This document shows, one piece after another, positions 1 through 10,155 of a DNA stretch of 20,000 nt; the stretch's first letter is position 1; each line of letters starts with the position of its first letter. The translations under genes were made by a program, and so were the position numbers. Under the pieces are notes generated by a model. The model was not told the DNA's origin. It searched no databases and worked only from the letters and a program-made list of their open reading frames with translations. Origin of the DNA: Spirogloea muscicola (taxonomy: Eukaryota); the NCBI GenBank assembly GCA_009602725.1, contig WELB01000022.1:75051-95050 (forward strand), given 5' to 3'.

Positions 1-810
1 GGCTGGAAAAACCAGCCCAAAAAAGAATGAGAAGTACGAGAAGGGAGCCAGAGGAAGCGCTAAGAAAACAAAGCACACAAAGAAAGCACGCGGTGGCTCG
101 AGTGGCCACCGGGTGCTCAATGCCCCCTGCTGAGCAGCCGCAGGTCAGAGGAACCATGTGCAAGGAGAAGAAGGAAGGGCTCGCCCATTGAGGATATGGG
201 CTGGAACACCCAGCCCAAATAAAGAATGAGCAGGAGGAGAAGGCCTCTTCCCGCAGAGGCGCCATCCGGCCCCTCCCGACCTTGTACATACTTTTGGGCT
301 GGCCTCACAGCCACCTGTGTATCCGGAAGCGCTGTTGCTCGATGGCTGGCAGAGGCCAGCCCAAGCAGGAGAGGAAGGCAGACTCGTCCAGGAGAGGGGG
401 GCGGGTGCTGAGCTTCCCTAGTATGTTGTCGTGTTTGGTAGCGTAGTCCTCTTTCTTTGGCTTTGGACATTGTCCATTGATTTTGGGCTGGCTTTGCAGG
501 GGCTACTGAGTGTCTCGTAGCAGCTTTGTTCCTGTTACTTAGCGCTTCCCCTGGCCCCCTTCTCGTACTCTGTTCATTCTTTTTCGGGCTGGTTGTTCCA
601 GGCCCTATTCTCAATGGGCGAGCACTTTCTTCTTTCTTCTTTGCAAGCCCCTCTTCTCGATGGGCGCGCACTTTCTTCTGTGAGCGGGCAGCCCGGAAGC
701 CCGGAAAAAGGGGCCGAGCAAAAGGTCGGAAGGGGCCCGGAAAAGCGCAAAAGCGCACAGCCACGCGAGCGGCCAACGGGATCCCCCTGTTGAGCAGCCG
801 CGGGTCAGCG
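1..810. repeat. Degenerate array of direct and inverted repeats carrying a recurrent GGGCTGG-N5-CCAGCCC mini-hairpin; possibly a decayed foldback/MITE-like element
   Basis: 1-64 matches the reverse complement of ~538-602 (about 85% by eye); ~159-245 matches the reverse complement of ~560-644; 199-243 repeats 1-44; ~650-679 repeats ~603-632; 121-150 repeats 781-810. Hairpin cores at 1-17, 198-216, 297-312, 344-361, 586-605. Confidence 0.75.
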
Positions 811-1057
811 AGGAGGAGGAGAAGCAGGGCCCGGGTGGGTGGCGGCGGGGTCCGCCGATGGGAGGCAGGCAGCCAGTGGGGGTGGGCGAGGGCAGCCAGC
901 AGGGAGGCGCCGAGATCGAGGGGAGAGGGCGGGAGTGGCCCACGTCCGCGGGGGCCGCGGCGCTTGCGCTCCCCCGGCGCCGCGGCGCTGTGGGCCACGA
1001 AAAAGCGCGGGAGGGCACGCGCCGGCGGCCGCGCTCCGCCGCTCGCTGCGCGCGGCC

Positions 1058-1258
1058 NNNNNNNNNNNNNNNNNNNNNNNNNNNNNNNNNNNNNNNNNNN
1101 NNNNNNNNNNNNNNNNNNNNNNNNNNNNNNNNNNNNNNNNNNNNNNNNNNNNNNNNNNNNNNNNNNNNNNNNNNNNNNNNNNNNNNNNNNNNNNNNNNNN
1201 NNNNNNNNNNNNNNNNNNNNNNNNNNNNNNNNNNNNNNNNNNNNNNNNNNNNNNNNNN
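1058..1258. other. Assembly gap (201 N)
   Basis: Run of N; obscures the 5' end of the zinc-finger gene. Confidence 1.
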
Positions 1259-4200
1259 CCGCCGGGCGCGGCCGCCGGCGACGGTGCGGGGGGGCGGCCG
1301 CGGGGCCAGCGGGGACGAGGACAGCGAGGAGGAGGAGGAGGAGGAGGAGGAGGGGGACGAGGAGGTCGCGGAGGAGGCGGAGGAGGCGCGGAGGCGTGAC
1401 AACGCCGCGGCCTGGTCTCCGGTGGCGGCGGCAGCGGCGGCGCCGACGAGCCCGGGGGCGCGCGGCATGCGGCTGTTCGGCATCAAGGTGGAAGAGAAGC
1501 CCGAGGCGGGCGGCGGCGGCGCCCTCGACCCCACCGCCTGGACGCTGGCGCCGCAGCCGCACGTCCGGAGCTTTGCGTCCGGTCAGCCGCCGCGCAACCC
1601 CTTCTCCGCCTGGCAGCGGCCCGCCACCGCCAGCGCCGGCAGCCAGGCGGACTTCACGGCGCCGCCCTCGCTGCCGGGCCTGCACGGCGCCGCCTCGCCG
1701 GGCCTCCCAAGCGGCGGCTGTGCAACGTGGCTGGACCAGGGCGAGCGGCGCAGCCAGGAGGAGGATCCCGAGGGCCGGCCCAGCGGCCGCCCGGGCTACG
1801 GCGGCGGCGTGGCTCACGGCCCCCTGAGCGTCACGAGCCTGGCGGGCGCCGCGTGGGCGCCGGGACATGGGACAGCCGCGGGCGCCGCGAAGAGGAAGGG
1901 CAAGGAGGCCGCTGCCGAGGATGGCGCCGGGAGCAGCACCGAGGAGGACGGGGACGACAGCGTGGCCAGGGGGCGGAGGGAGGCCCACAAGCACGAGCGC
2001 ATGACCGACGGCGGCGGCAGGGAGGCGGAGGAGCAGGACACGGCGCGGCAGGGCAAGGGGCGCCCGGATGCGGCCAGCAGGGCGGAGGGCGGCGAGGAGG
2101 AGGGGCAGAGGAGGGCGCAGATCCCTCGGCCCAGCCCGCTCGCTTGGCCGCCACTCGCCGAGGAGGCAGCGCGGCCCCTGCCGGATGCCCGAGGGACGAC
2201 GGCGGCTGCAGGCGACCCAGAGGCGCGAGCGCTGCAAGCGTGGCAGGTTCGCTCGCCCGGCCTCGCATCCACGGGGTCGAGGATGGATAAAGATGGCCAG
2301 GCTCCAGCAGCCAGCGAGGCTGCAGAGGCCAGCGTAGGACCTGGGATGGAGAGGAGCGCGGAGAGGAGAGACGACGGTCAGGCGGACGTCGCCATGTGGC
2401 CAAGCATCCGAACGTACACGGGCACTTCCAGTACAGAGTCGTCGAGGGAGAGAACGTCGGGCTCGTGGCCGCTGCCGTCGCCCGCGGAGCAGCAGGTCGG
2501 CAGACAAACGTCCTCCCGGCAGGAGAGAAGCCTTGTTGTCTCAGGCTGCATGCACTTCAGGGTCCTGCCTGCATGATAACACGGACCTGCATCACAGCTG
2601 GGATGTGACAAGTACAAGAAGCATTGACGGTGTGGCTTGCTGCCTCTGCTCCAATAACAGACCAATGAATACCCGTGCAGCTTCTGCGGGAAGCGCTTCT
2701 CCACCTCTCAGGTATCACCTAGAGCTGCTCACCTCAAGTCAACTAGCTCCTGACTCCGAGTCTGCCGACGTGCTAGCGTGCACTGCTATCTATGTCATGC
2801 ACAGCCACTACTTTGACCAGCGGTCATGAGCACCAAAGAGGGCACCCTTTCTGTCAGCATGTGTGCGTGCTCCGATCACTAAACGCCATGCAGCAGGTCG
2901 GGCGCTCGGCACAGGAGTACTTGATGGGCTGTCATTCATATGTCTTGATCCTGTCAAGCAAGACAAGGTGCTTACTCACTCTTGCTGACCACGTGCAGGC
3001 ACTTGGAGGTCATCAGAATGGGCACAAGAAAGAGCGGGCGCAAGTAAGCCCCGTCCTTGTGGTCCTACGCGCTGTGGAGGCAGTGTGTCATGCTGACGCC
3101 GTCTCTGCTGAAGATCAAGTGCACGACCCTTAATTGCAGGACTGACCACGTGATCGGCTGCGGCCCTGGTACGCAGGTGAAGAAGGCGAGGCAGCAGGCG
3201 TCAAGAGCAGCTGCATCGAGCCGCATGTACGGGTTCCTCTGACCAGCTCCACCCAAAGACTGGGCGGTTGCCCCGCTTGACCCTGTCTTCGAGGTCCAGG
3301 TGGCCCCCATCCTCGCAGTCATTTCCTTCGCAGGATCAAACGGGTGCTCACAAGTGCTCTTCTGCCCGCAGGCTGGCAGGGCAGTCGAGGCTGCAACCGC
3401 AGCAATCCTTCCAGCTATCTCACCACTCGTATCAGCCCCCGGCCTCGTCGCTGGGGCCACCCGGCAGCACCGAGGGCACGGCCTCGCACGTGGCGGCCGC
3501 CACAGCGATCGCCATGGTGATGACGCCTGGCATGCAGTCTTTCCGCCCGTCCTACTCGCTGCACCCGTGGTTGCCCCAGGGGACCGTCACCATGCCCGGC
3601 ACAGGCGGGGGCTCATGGGTCTACGTCCCTCCGGGTGGCGCTGCCCTCGGCCACTTGGGTGCTCCGGCGATGGGGGGCCAACCGCCGCTGGGCGCGCAGC
3701 CTTTCATGGTTGGCCGAGAGGGTCCCCATCGGAGCACATACCCGTTCCCCCGCCCCAGCCCGTCCGCACAGGGTGAGCGCAGGCTTGCTCCAGTCAATGT
3801 TGCAGAGGTTGTTAATAAGCTCACGCTTGTCTATGGTAGAGCCAAAGGTGACGACATCTTCTCAATCCTGCCAATGTGTATCTGTTGTCCGTGCAGGGGG
3901 CCCGTCGGACGATCGCCAGACGCATGGCTCGTCCTTCACTGGTCTCCAATCGCAGCACACGGCGCAGGAGTTCAGCTCCGAGTCCGGCCAACGCGAGCCA
4001 GTCGACAGGGCGAGGGTGGAGACCACGCAACCTTTGCCACCGCCAAGGCCGCCCCCTCCCCAGATCGACCTGCCGCTTGTCTCCCAGACCGATCGGCCGG
4101 CCGCCAGCCAGTTGGGCCGGGCGCCTTCCAACAGTGCCAACAACCCCCTGGCCCAATTTTTCGGGAACACGAGCTCGACGTGGCAGCACCTCCAGCCGAC

Positions 4201-4480
4201 CAACAGGGCCGCAAAGCTGCTGCAGGAGCCAATGCATAGCCGAGAGCACGGTGCCTCCGGTGTGGCTCTGCAGCCCGGTGGCAGCGAGCACATTCAACCC
4301 GGCAGCCGCTTCGACGTGGAGCAAGGGACGGCACGCGGAGAGAACTTGCAAGGCCGGCCTGGCCAGGCACTGGACCGTGAGCACGACACATCAACACTCG
4401 CAATTCCGCAGGAGGACTCGTCACTGCTAGACCTTCAGCTAGGGCTGGGGCCGCCCCCTTTCCCCAGAGCCCCAAGGTGA
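1259..4480 (+). CDS. Single-finger C2H2 zinc-finger transcription factor (QALGGH type, ZFP/GIS/SUPERMAN-like) with RLFG and C-terminal EAR motifs; 5' end uncertain
   Basis: Model join(<1259..2495,2661..2711,2999..3043,3177..3226,3372..3772,3897..4480), all GT-AG and phase-consistent. Spliced finger YPCSFCGKRFSTSQALGGHQNGHKKER has C-x2-C-x12-H-x3-H spacing. MRLFGIKV at 1467-1490, LDLQLGL at 4427-4447, basic KRKGK patch. Start could be ATG 858 (across the gap), inside the gap, or ATG 1467 (719 aa). Confidence 0.88.
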
Positions 4481-5147
4481 CGCGCATGCAGCCACTGCAG
4501 AGAGTGGAGAGTTGGGGGGCCCGCTCCTCTCCCTGACTCTGGCTGCAGGCTTCATGCCAATCCTAGATGCACTTCAATGTAGTGCGCATACCCTTGCTTG
4601 AGGACTCCCCTACCAGCTCCGGCAGTACTGGTACTTCTGGTGCACAGAAGATGCTGTAATTGCAGATTTAATTGCTGTAAAGTGCTCCATTGTCGATGCT
4701 GAAGCTCGGCACGCTGAATCTCTCAGGAGCTCGATTGCGCCCTGCTTAGCCTTGCGCAGTCGCATGCCCGACCATCGCCACGTGGTCTGCTCAATCACGG
4801 CCGAGCATTACAGCTACGAGGCAGATGCACGAGCCGCATACTCCATGAGGGCCCGTCCGCTTTCGTGGTTATCTAGAAGACCAGCCTCTCTCCTCAGGAT
4901 TGATCCGTTGCACCTGGGGGCACTGTTGTCCAGGCTGTGCTGGCTCGCATCACCCATGCAGGTGCTTGGGCACGGCCAGTGTGACCACCGTCGTAGGACA
5001 ACAAGCCAGGGCTGTTGACGGAATAGAGGCGTGGCAGGGCTTCCACACAGAGCGGCGGCTGTTGTGCAGCGAAGCCCGCTGTCCAAGGCCCCGCAGCGGG
5101 TGGTTCTCAAGAGTCTGTGCTGTGCTGTACTTGAAGGACAGGCCCCG

Positions 5148-6018
5148 TCAGACCATCAGACCGCCCGGCTGCTTCCTCCCGTCCGGCTTGCCTGCACGGA
5201 AGGCATAACGCAGGGGAAGGAGCTCAGCGGCTGAGGCCCTGGGAGTGGCCATGTGTCGTCGCCGTCAAAATGATGCAAGTGGAGGAGCACGGAGGTACTG
5301 AGCTGAGCTGCTGTCTCCTCTCGGCTGCCGCCATCGCCCCGCACCTGCTGAAGGGCTGCGCCACGGCCTGTCCTGCTGGAGCAGGCCCTCGAGCCGCCGC
5401 GCAGCGTCGCTCGAGCTGCGGTGCCTGCCGGCCTCCTCGCGTACCGCCTCCTGCAGCTGCTCCAGCGCCCTCCGGAGCTCCTCCGCTTCCCCCTGCGCCG
5501 GTCCGCTTGACAGGCGCTGCAAGTGAGCGGCCAGCTACATCTTGACTTGCGCCTCCTCTTTTCCCACGCAGTCTAGTGAAAGCTGAGCCCAGAAGGCAGC
5601 AGCGGGCGCGACAGCAGCGCTGCCTGGGGTCAGGAGGCGGAAGGTCGCGCGCGGGCGCGGCAAGCGGACCTGCAGCTGGGCGCGCTCCGCCTCTCGCTCC
5701 GCCCTGGCGGCGTCCAGCTCCTTGCGCTGCCCGATGAGGCGCACTGCGCAGCACCACCGGGCCGGCCAGCCAGCTCCGCGTCGGTCCTGGCCGGCTCGGC
5801 TCAGCTCGGCCGCGGGCTGCAGCTCGGCTGGAGCTGAGCTCAGCCCGGAGCTCCGCCTCGGCCGCTCAACCAGAGCTCAGCTGCAAGCCTCGGCGCATGC
5901 GGCGGCGCGGCGGCGGCGCCGGACCTGCCAGCAGGCCGCACGAGGCCAGCAGCGCGATGGTCCCCAGCGCGTGCCGCTGCGCCGCGAGCTGCCGCCAGAG
6001 CCCCCCGCCGCCGCCGAT
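5148..6018 (-). CDS. Small single-pass membrane protein with coiled coil (~119-127 aa), uncharacterised; start codon unresolved
   Basis: Model complement(join(5148..5191,5345..5492 or 5516,5670..5743,5925..6018)), GT-AG, phases 1/0/1 consistent. Reads GGGGGLWRQLAAQRHALGTIALLASCGLLAVRLIGQRKELDAARAEREAERAQLQ...GEAEELRRALEQLQEAVREEA...GKPDGRKQPGGLMV*. Hydrophobic helix followed by an E/R/A/L-rich helix. No in-frame ATG after the TAG at 6078-6076. Confidence 0.65.
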
Positions 6019-6167
6019 GGCGGGGCCCGGCGCGGCCGTCGCCAGATCGGAAGAGACCCTCCCGAAGGAGGCGCGCTAGAGGGCCGCGCTGACGCGTGAC
6101 AAGGCGCGGTGACGCTGACGCTATCCGCTGACAGGTGTCCCCTCCGCGCTGGGACATCTTCATCTCN

Positions 6168-6199
<32 letters not shown>

Positions 6200-6276
6200 T
6201 GTCGCCGCGACGTCTGGCGGGGTCGGAGGCCGCGCGCCGTCGGGCTCGCCGCTAGCGCCTCGCTGCGCCGGCCGCC
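6019..6276. promoter_or_regulatory. Putative bidirectional promoter/leader region with a TGAC(G) cluster and (GCC)n tract
   Basis: 258 bp between divergent coding starts. TGACG at 6090, 6110, 6116; TGAC at 6097, 6129; ACGCGT at 6092; (GCC)10 at 6168-6197 next to an N at 6167, so true length is uncertain. Confidence 0.45.
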
Positions 6277-9006
6277 ATGGCGACCGCCGCCGGCAAGGCA
6301 GGGGCCGAAGGTGCGCCGGCCTGCCCTCTTGCTCTCGGCCCATGCTCTCGGTCTCGGCCCCTGCGCTCGGCCGCCGCCGCCGGGCGCCACCGCCGTCTCG
6401 GCGCCTGGCGGCCGCCACGCCGTCGCGGCTCGTCGACCATCCCCTGCCCGCCGCGCGCTCCATCTTTCCGGCGCGCAAGGCGATGCCCGCTCAGCACCCT
6501 AGGCTAGGGCGTGCTGCCGGTGGAGCTAACCGGGACGCGGCGGCGGCGACGGCGGCGGCAGGCGCCGCTGCTCGCAGTGGCCCGCTCGCTGGTCTTAGTG
6601 CCAGCGCAGAGCTGTGCGGCTCGCTCGCTGCTCACTTGTCTGTCGCCCTCTGTGCTGCGTCAGCCGACAAGGCGGCTGCGGCTGCCGAGGACCAGCGCAA
6701 CGCGGCCACGCCGCCGCAGCCGGAGTCAGAAGACCAGGGCCGCGCCGCGGAGGACATCACGGAGGGCCTGCAGCAGATCAGCCTGGGGGGGCGGCCCGCC
6801 GGGGCCGTCGGCCCCGGCGGCCAGCCGCTCGACTTCTCCGCCATGTCCGGCTTGATGAATGTGAAGCCTCCACATCCCCGACCACCAGTCCGGGGCTGCG
6901 TCAGCCCTGGCCTTCTAACGGGACTCAGCTCCTCACCCTCTTGCATCCACTGAGGCAGGCTAGCTGAGGCACAGCGGCCCTTTGTGCTCAGCTCAGTCCT
7001 CTGGTTCGAGATGTCGGAGCTCTTGCAGTTGTCCACTTGTAGCTGTTCTTGTTGCGGTGCTCAGATGATAGTGGCAGCAGAGCTAGCTATTGCTAGCGGA
7101 ATGCATCGACAATTACATGGCCATTGTGCTGATGCTGCAAAGCTTTCTCTGCAAATATATTTATGCAGGACCCGAGCATCAAGGAGATGGCTGAGCAGAT
7201 TGCCAAGGACCCCACGTTCACACAGATGGCACAGTCCCTGCAGAACAGTGTCAAGACGGACGGGGGCGTTCCGCGCATTGATCCCCAGGCGTACGTGCAG
7301 ACCATGCAGCAGGTCATGGCCAACCCGCAGTTCATGCAGATGGCCGAGCGCCTTGGTTCGTCGCTCATGCAGGTACCTCATGCGCTCCTCCAAGGTCCTT
7401 CTGATGCCAATGCACCACCTTGAAGAAGACTTGCTGATGCACTTGAAGTTGGACTTGCTGGAAACAAATCTGATCAGGAGCCAGACTCCTGCATTGCAGT
7501 ATGGCATCAGCTGCCTGAACTCATGCTGGTGATAGTGGGTGCCATGCATCCTCCTAGCACCGTCAGCCTGCGTGCTGACCTGTTAGACTGCTGGTTGGAC
7601 TGCGGGCAAACAGGACCCGCAGATGGCGAACATGATGCAGCAGATGCAGAACCCGCTGTACAAGCAGCAGCTGGAGTCTCGCATGGCAGCACTTCGAGAG
7701 GACGAGGAGCTTAAGCCAATTCTTGAGGAGCTCGAGACTGGCGGCCCGGGGGCCATGATGAAGTAAGCATCTATGTTGTGCAGGATCTTTCACTGTGCTG
7801 GAATGCCTTGTTTCGTTCGAAGCAACCTTCTGTTCAATGTCTGACATGTACTCGTGTATCGTTTATAGGTACTGGAACGACCCTGTTGTCATGTCTAAGA
7901 TTGGCAAGGCCATGGGCGTGCCTCCCGGCATGCCAGGCGCCTCTGCCCCTGGCCTGGCAGAGGAAGGCGATGAGGAGGACGAGGAAGAGGAGGAGGAGCT
8001 GGAGGTGCATGCAGCTGCCAGCAGCGGTGATTTGGAGGTAGGGGAGTGGCCTGTACTGTCGGTGGTCAGAGCTTATATTTGTGTCCTGGGTTAATTGAAC
8101 GGCAGGGATACAGAACAGTGCAGTGCTTTGAGCGAGCCTCTTGTCAGATATTCTGTTCAGGAGGCTAGCTGCTGAACATGGTCAACTTACCTGTATGGCT
8201 CGTGGTGCAGACGCTTAAAGTGCTACTGGCTGAAGGGTCTGATAAGGACGTTAAGGACGGAGAGGGACGGACTGCTCTTCACTTTGCCTGCGGTTACGGC
8301 GAGGTGTTAAAACTGATACGCCACACCTTCTGCTGCTTCTTTTCTGCTGAGGCCCTGCACCCTGTACTCCTCCCACTTCTCTTTGGCTGTGCATGCCATA
8401 CATGCACTGCTAGTTCCCCTATGCAAGGTCAGGGGGTTGTATGTCTTTGTTGTATTTTACATTCTCAAAGGATAAGTGGCCGCGAATATTACTGCCCATC
8501 ACTGCAGCAAGGGGGTGATCCTTTCTGTATGCTCAGGTCAAGTGCGCCGAGGCGCTCCTGGATGCATCTGCAAGTGTAGACGCTGTGGACAAGAACAATA
8601 ACACTGCGCTGCATTATGCCGCGGGCTACGGGCGTGCTGAGTGTGTGGAGCTGCTCCTCTCTCACGGAGCTTCGGTGTACGTGACCCTTCACTCGTTAGC
8701 TGGCTGGTGGCTAAGGGCCACTAGAAGTCTGTCGGGGGAAAGGCTTGCACACCAGCTAAGGACTGCGGGGATTTTTAAGCTGGCTGCTAGATAGTGCAAA
8801 GTGTTGAGGAGCAGCTTGCCATGCCCTCTTGCTATGCTGGATGAGTATCAGCCAGCTGCAATTTGCTGAAGGAAGCTCAGTGTCCTACTTGTGTGAGTGC
8901 TTGCAGGACTCTTCGCAACCTTGACGGCAAGACACCCACAGATGTGGCCACACTGAATAAGCAGGACGAGGTCCTGAAGCTCCTCCAGAAGGACGTCTTC
9001 TTGTGA
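6277..9006 (+). CDS. AKR2: Ankyrin repeat domain-containing protein 2 (AKR2A/AKR2B-like chaperone for membrane-protein targeting), 361 aa
   Basis: join(6277..6310,6664..6860,7169..7372,7614..7762,7869..8037,8211..8303,8537..8676,8907..9006), 1086 nt, all GT-AG. Family motifs [54 protein letters not shown], acidic linker, ankyrin repeats [13 protein letters not shown] and [14 protein letters not shown]-terminus [10 protein letters not shown]. Confidence 0.95.
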
Positions 9007-10155
9007 GCAACCCAAAGAAGCTGCAATAAGCAGCAGGCAGCAGGACTTACATGATTCCCTTGAGTAAACCCACGCTTACAGCGATAGATGACATCTTAGC
9101 ATTCCATGCCATGATATGGTTATTGGGGTAGATTCAGCCCCAGCAGCTTTGAGTATGACGAATTGCAAGCTATATGAAAGGTATCTTGTCGTTACGAGAC
9201 TCATGTTCTCCTCCAGGCGCAGTTTTTGGGCATTGGAACAGATAAGTAACTCTGATACTTAAGGCAATGAGCAAATGTAAATCCTGTAGCTCAGGCTGCA
9301 GGGATTATGAGAAGGAGGTGTGTAAGACTGGGTTCTGCGTGACTTTACTGCATGAAGAGACCAACTCTTGTACACATGCAGTTGCAGGCGTGCAGGAGTG
9401 CCCCGCCCCAAATCACCAGAAGGTCGAGCTCAAGAACAGAAATGGCAGAGGCGTGCAGTGTCATGCAGAAAAGTAGGAGTGTCATGTGGAAGACTCATTG
9501 TGCTGTGGGACTAACGTCTGGGAGTAGCTTGCAAGACAGGGCCACATCAGTGGACAGTGTTGTTGCTGACTAACAGTGTGTGAGCTGCCCAGCAGGATGG
9601 GCAAGCCCCCAATGTGATGATCTCACACAGAATTGCTGCTGCCAGCCCTTGGCTTCCACGATAACTGGTCAAGTGCTCACCGACTGGGCTGCTGGCATGA
9701 CTTACCTACTGAGGATCGTCAGTAATACGTATTGTTTGATGCAAATACTGTAGCAAGCCACTGGGAGTGGAGCTGCTGAAACAGCCTCTTGCTTGTTGCT
9801 GACACCATTGATGGTTTCAGCAAGCCCTTCATAGATTGCCCAAGCCAGCACATCTCTTGGCTACCAAGCGCCCTGGTCTCTTGGCAGTTGCATGCAGGAT
9901 GCAGTGAGTGGGGTTGCATGCATGAGCACTGCCTGATGCTTTATGAAGGGCTCTCGCTTATGCATCCTGCACAGAAATGTACATTGTGTTGTCGTCTAGG
10001 GGTGCGCGTGTCCCAAAATGTGCATAGACATTGTTCAACTTGTTCAAGGAGGAGTGGCAGTCTCCCACCCAGGCAGCAGCAACAGCAGCCACGACTGGGC
10101 TCTTCACAGGAGGGGAGGCCAGCGTGCGTCCCTTCAGCCAAGCCCAGGTGGACAC

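Noticed and set aside
1..810. CRISPR array or bacterial REP interpretation of the hairpin repeats
   Set aside because: Irregular spacing, mixed orientation, diverged copies, no cas genes and a eukaryotic context.
117..2507. 796-aa minus-strand ORF and other long overlapping ORFs (526..1827, 611..1534)
   Set aside because: Antisense or alternative-frame shadows of GC-rich coding and repeat DNA, bridged by N; no recognisable domain.
4610..5110. Short ORFs between the zinc-finger gene and the small membrane-protein gene
   Set aside because: No motifs or convincing splice links; consistent with convergent 3' UTRs.
9007..10155. ORFs between AKR2 and the TRAF-ZF gene
   Set aside because: Short and motif-free; likely 3' UTR or intergenic sequence.
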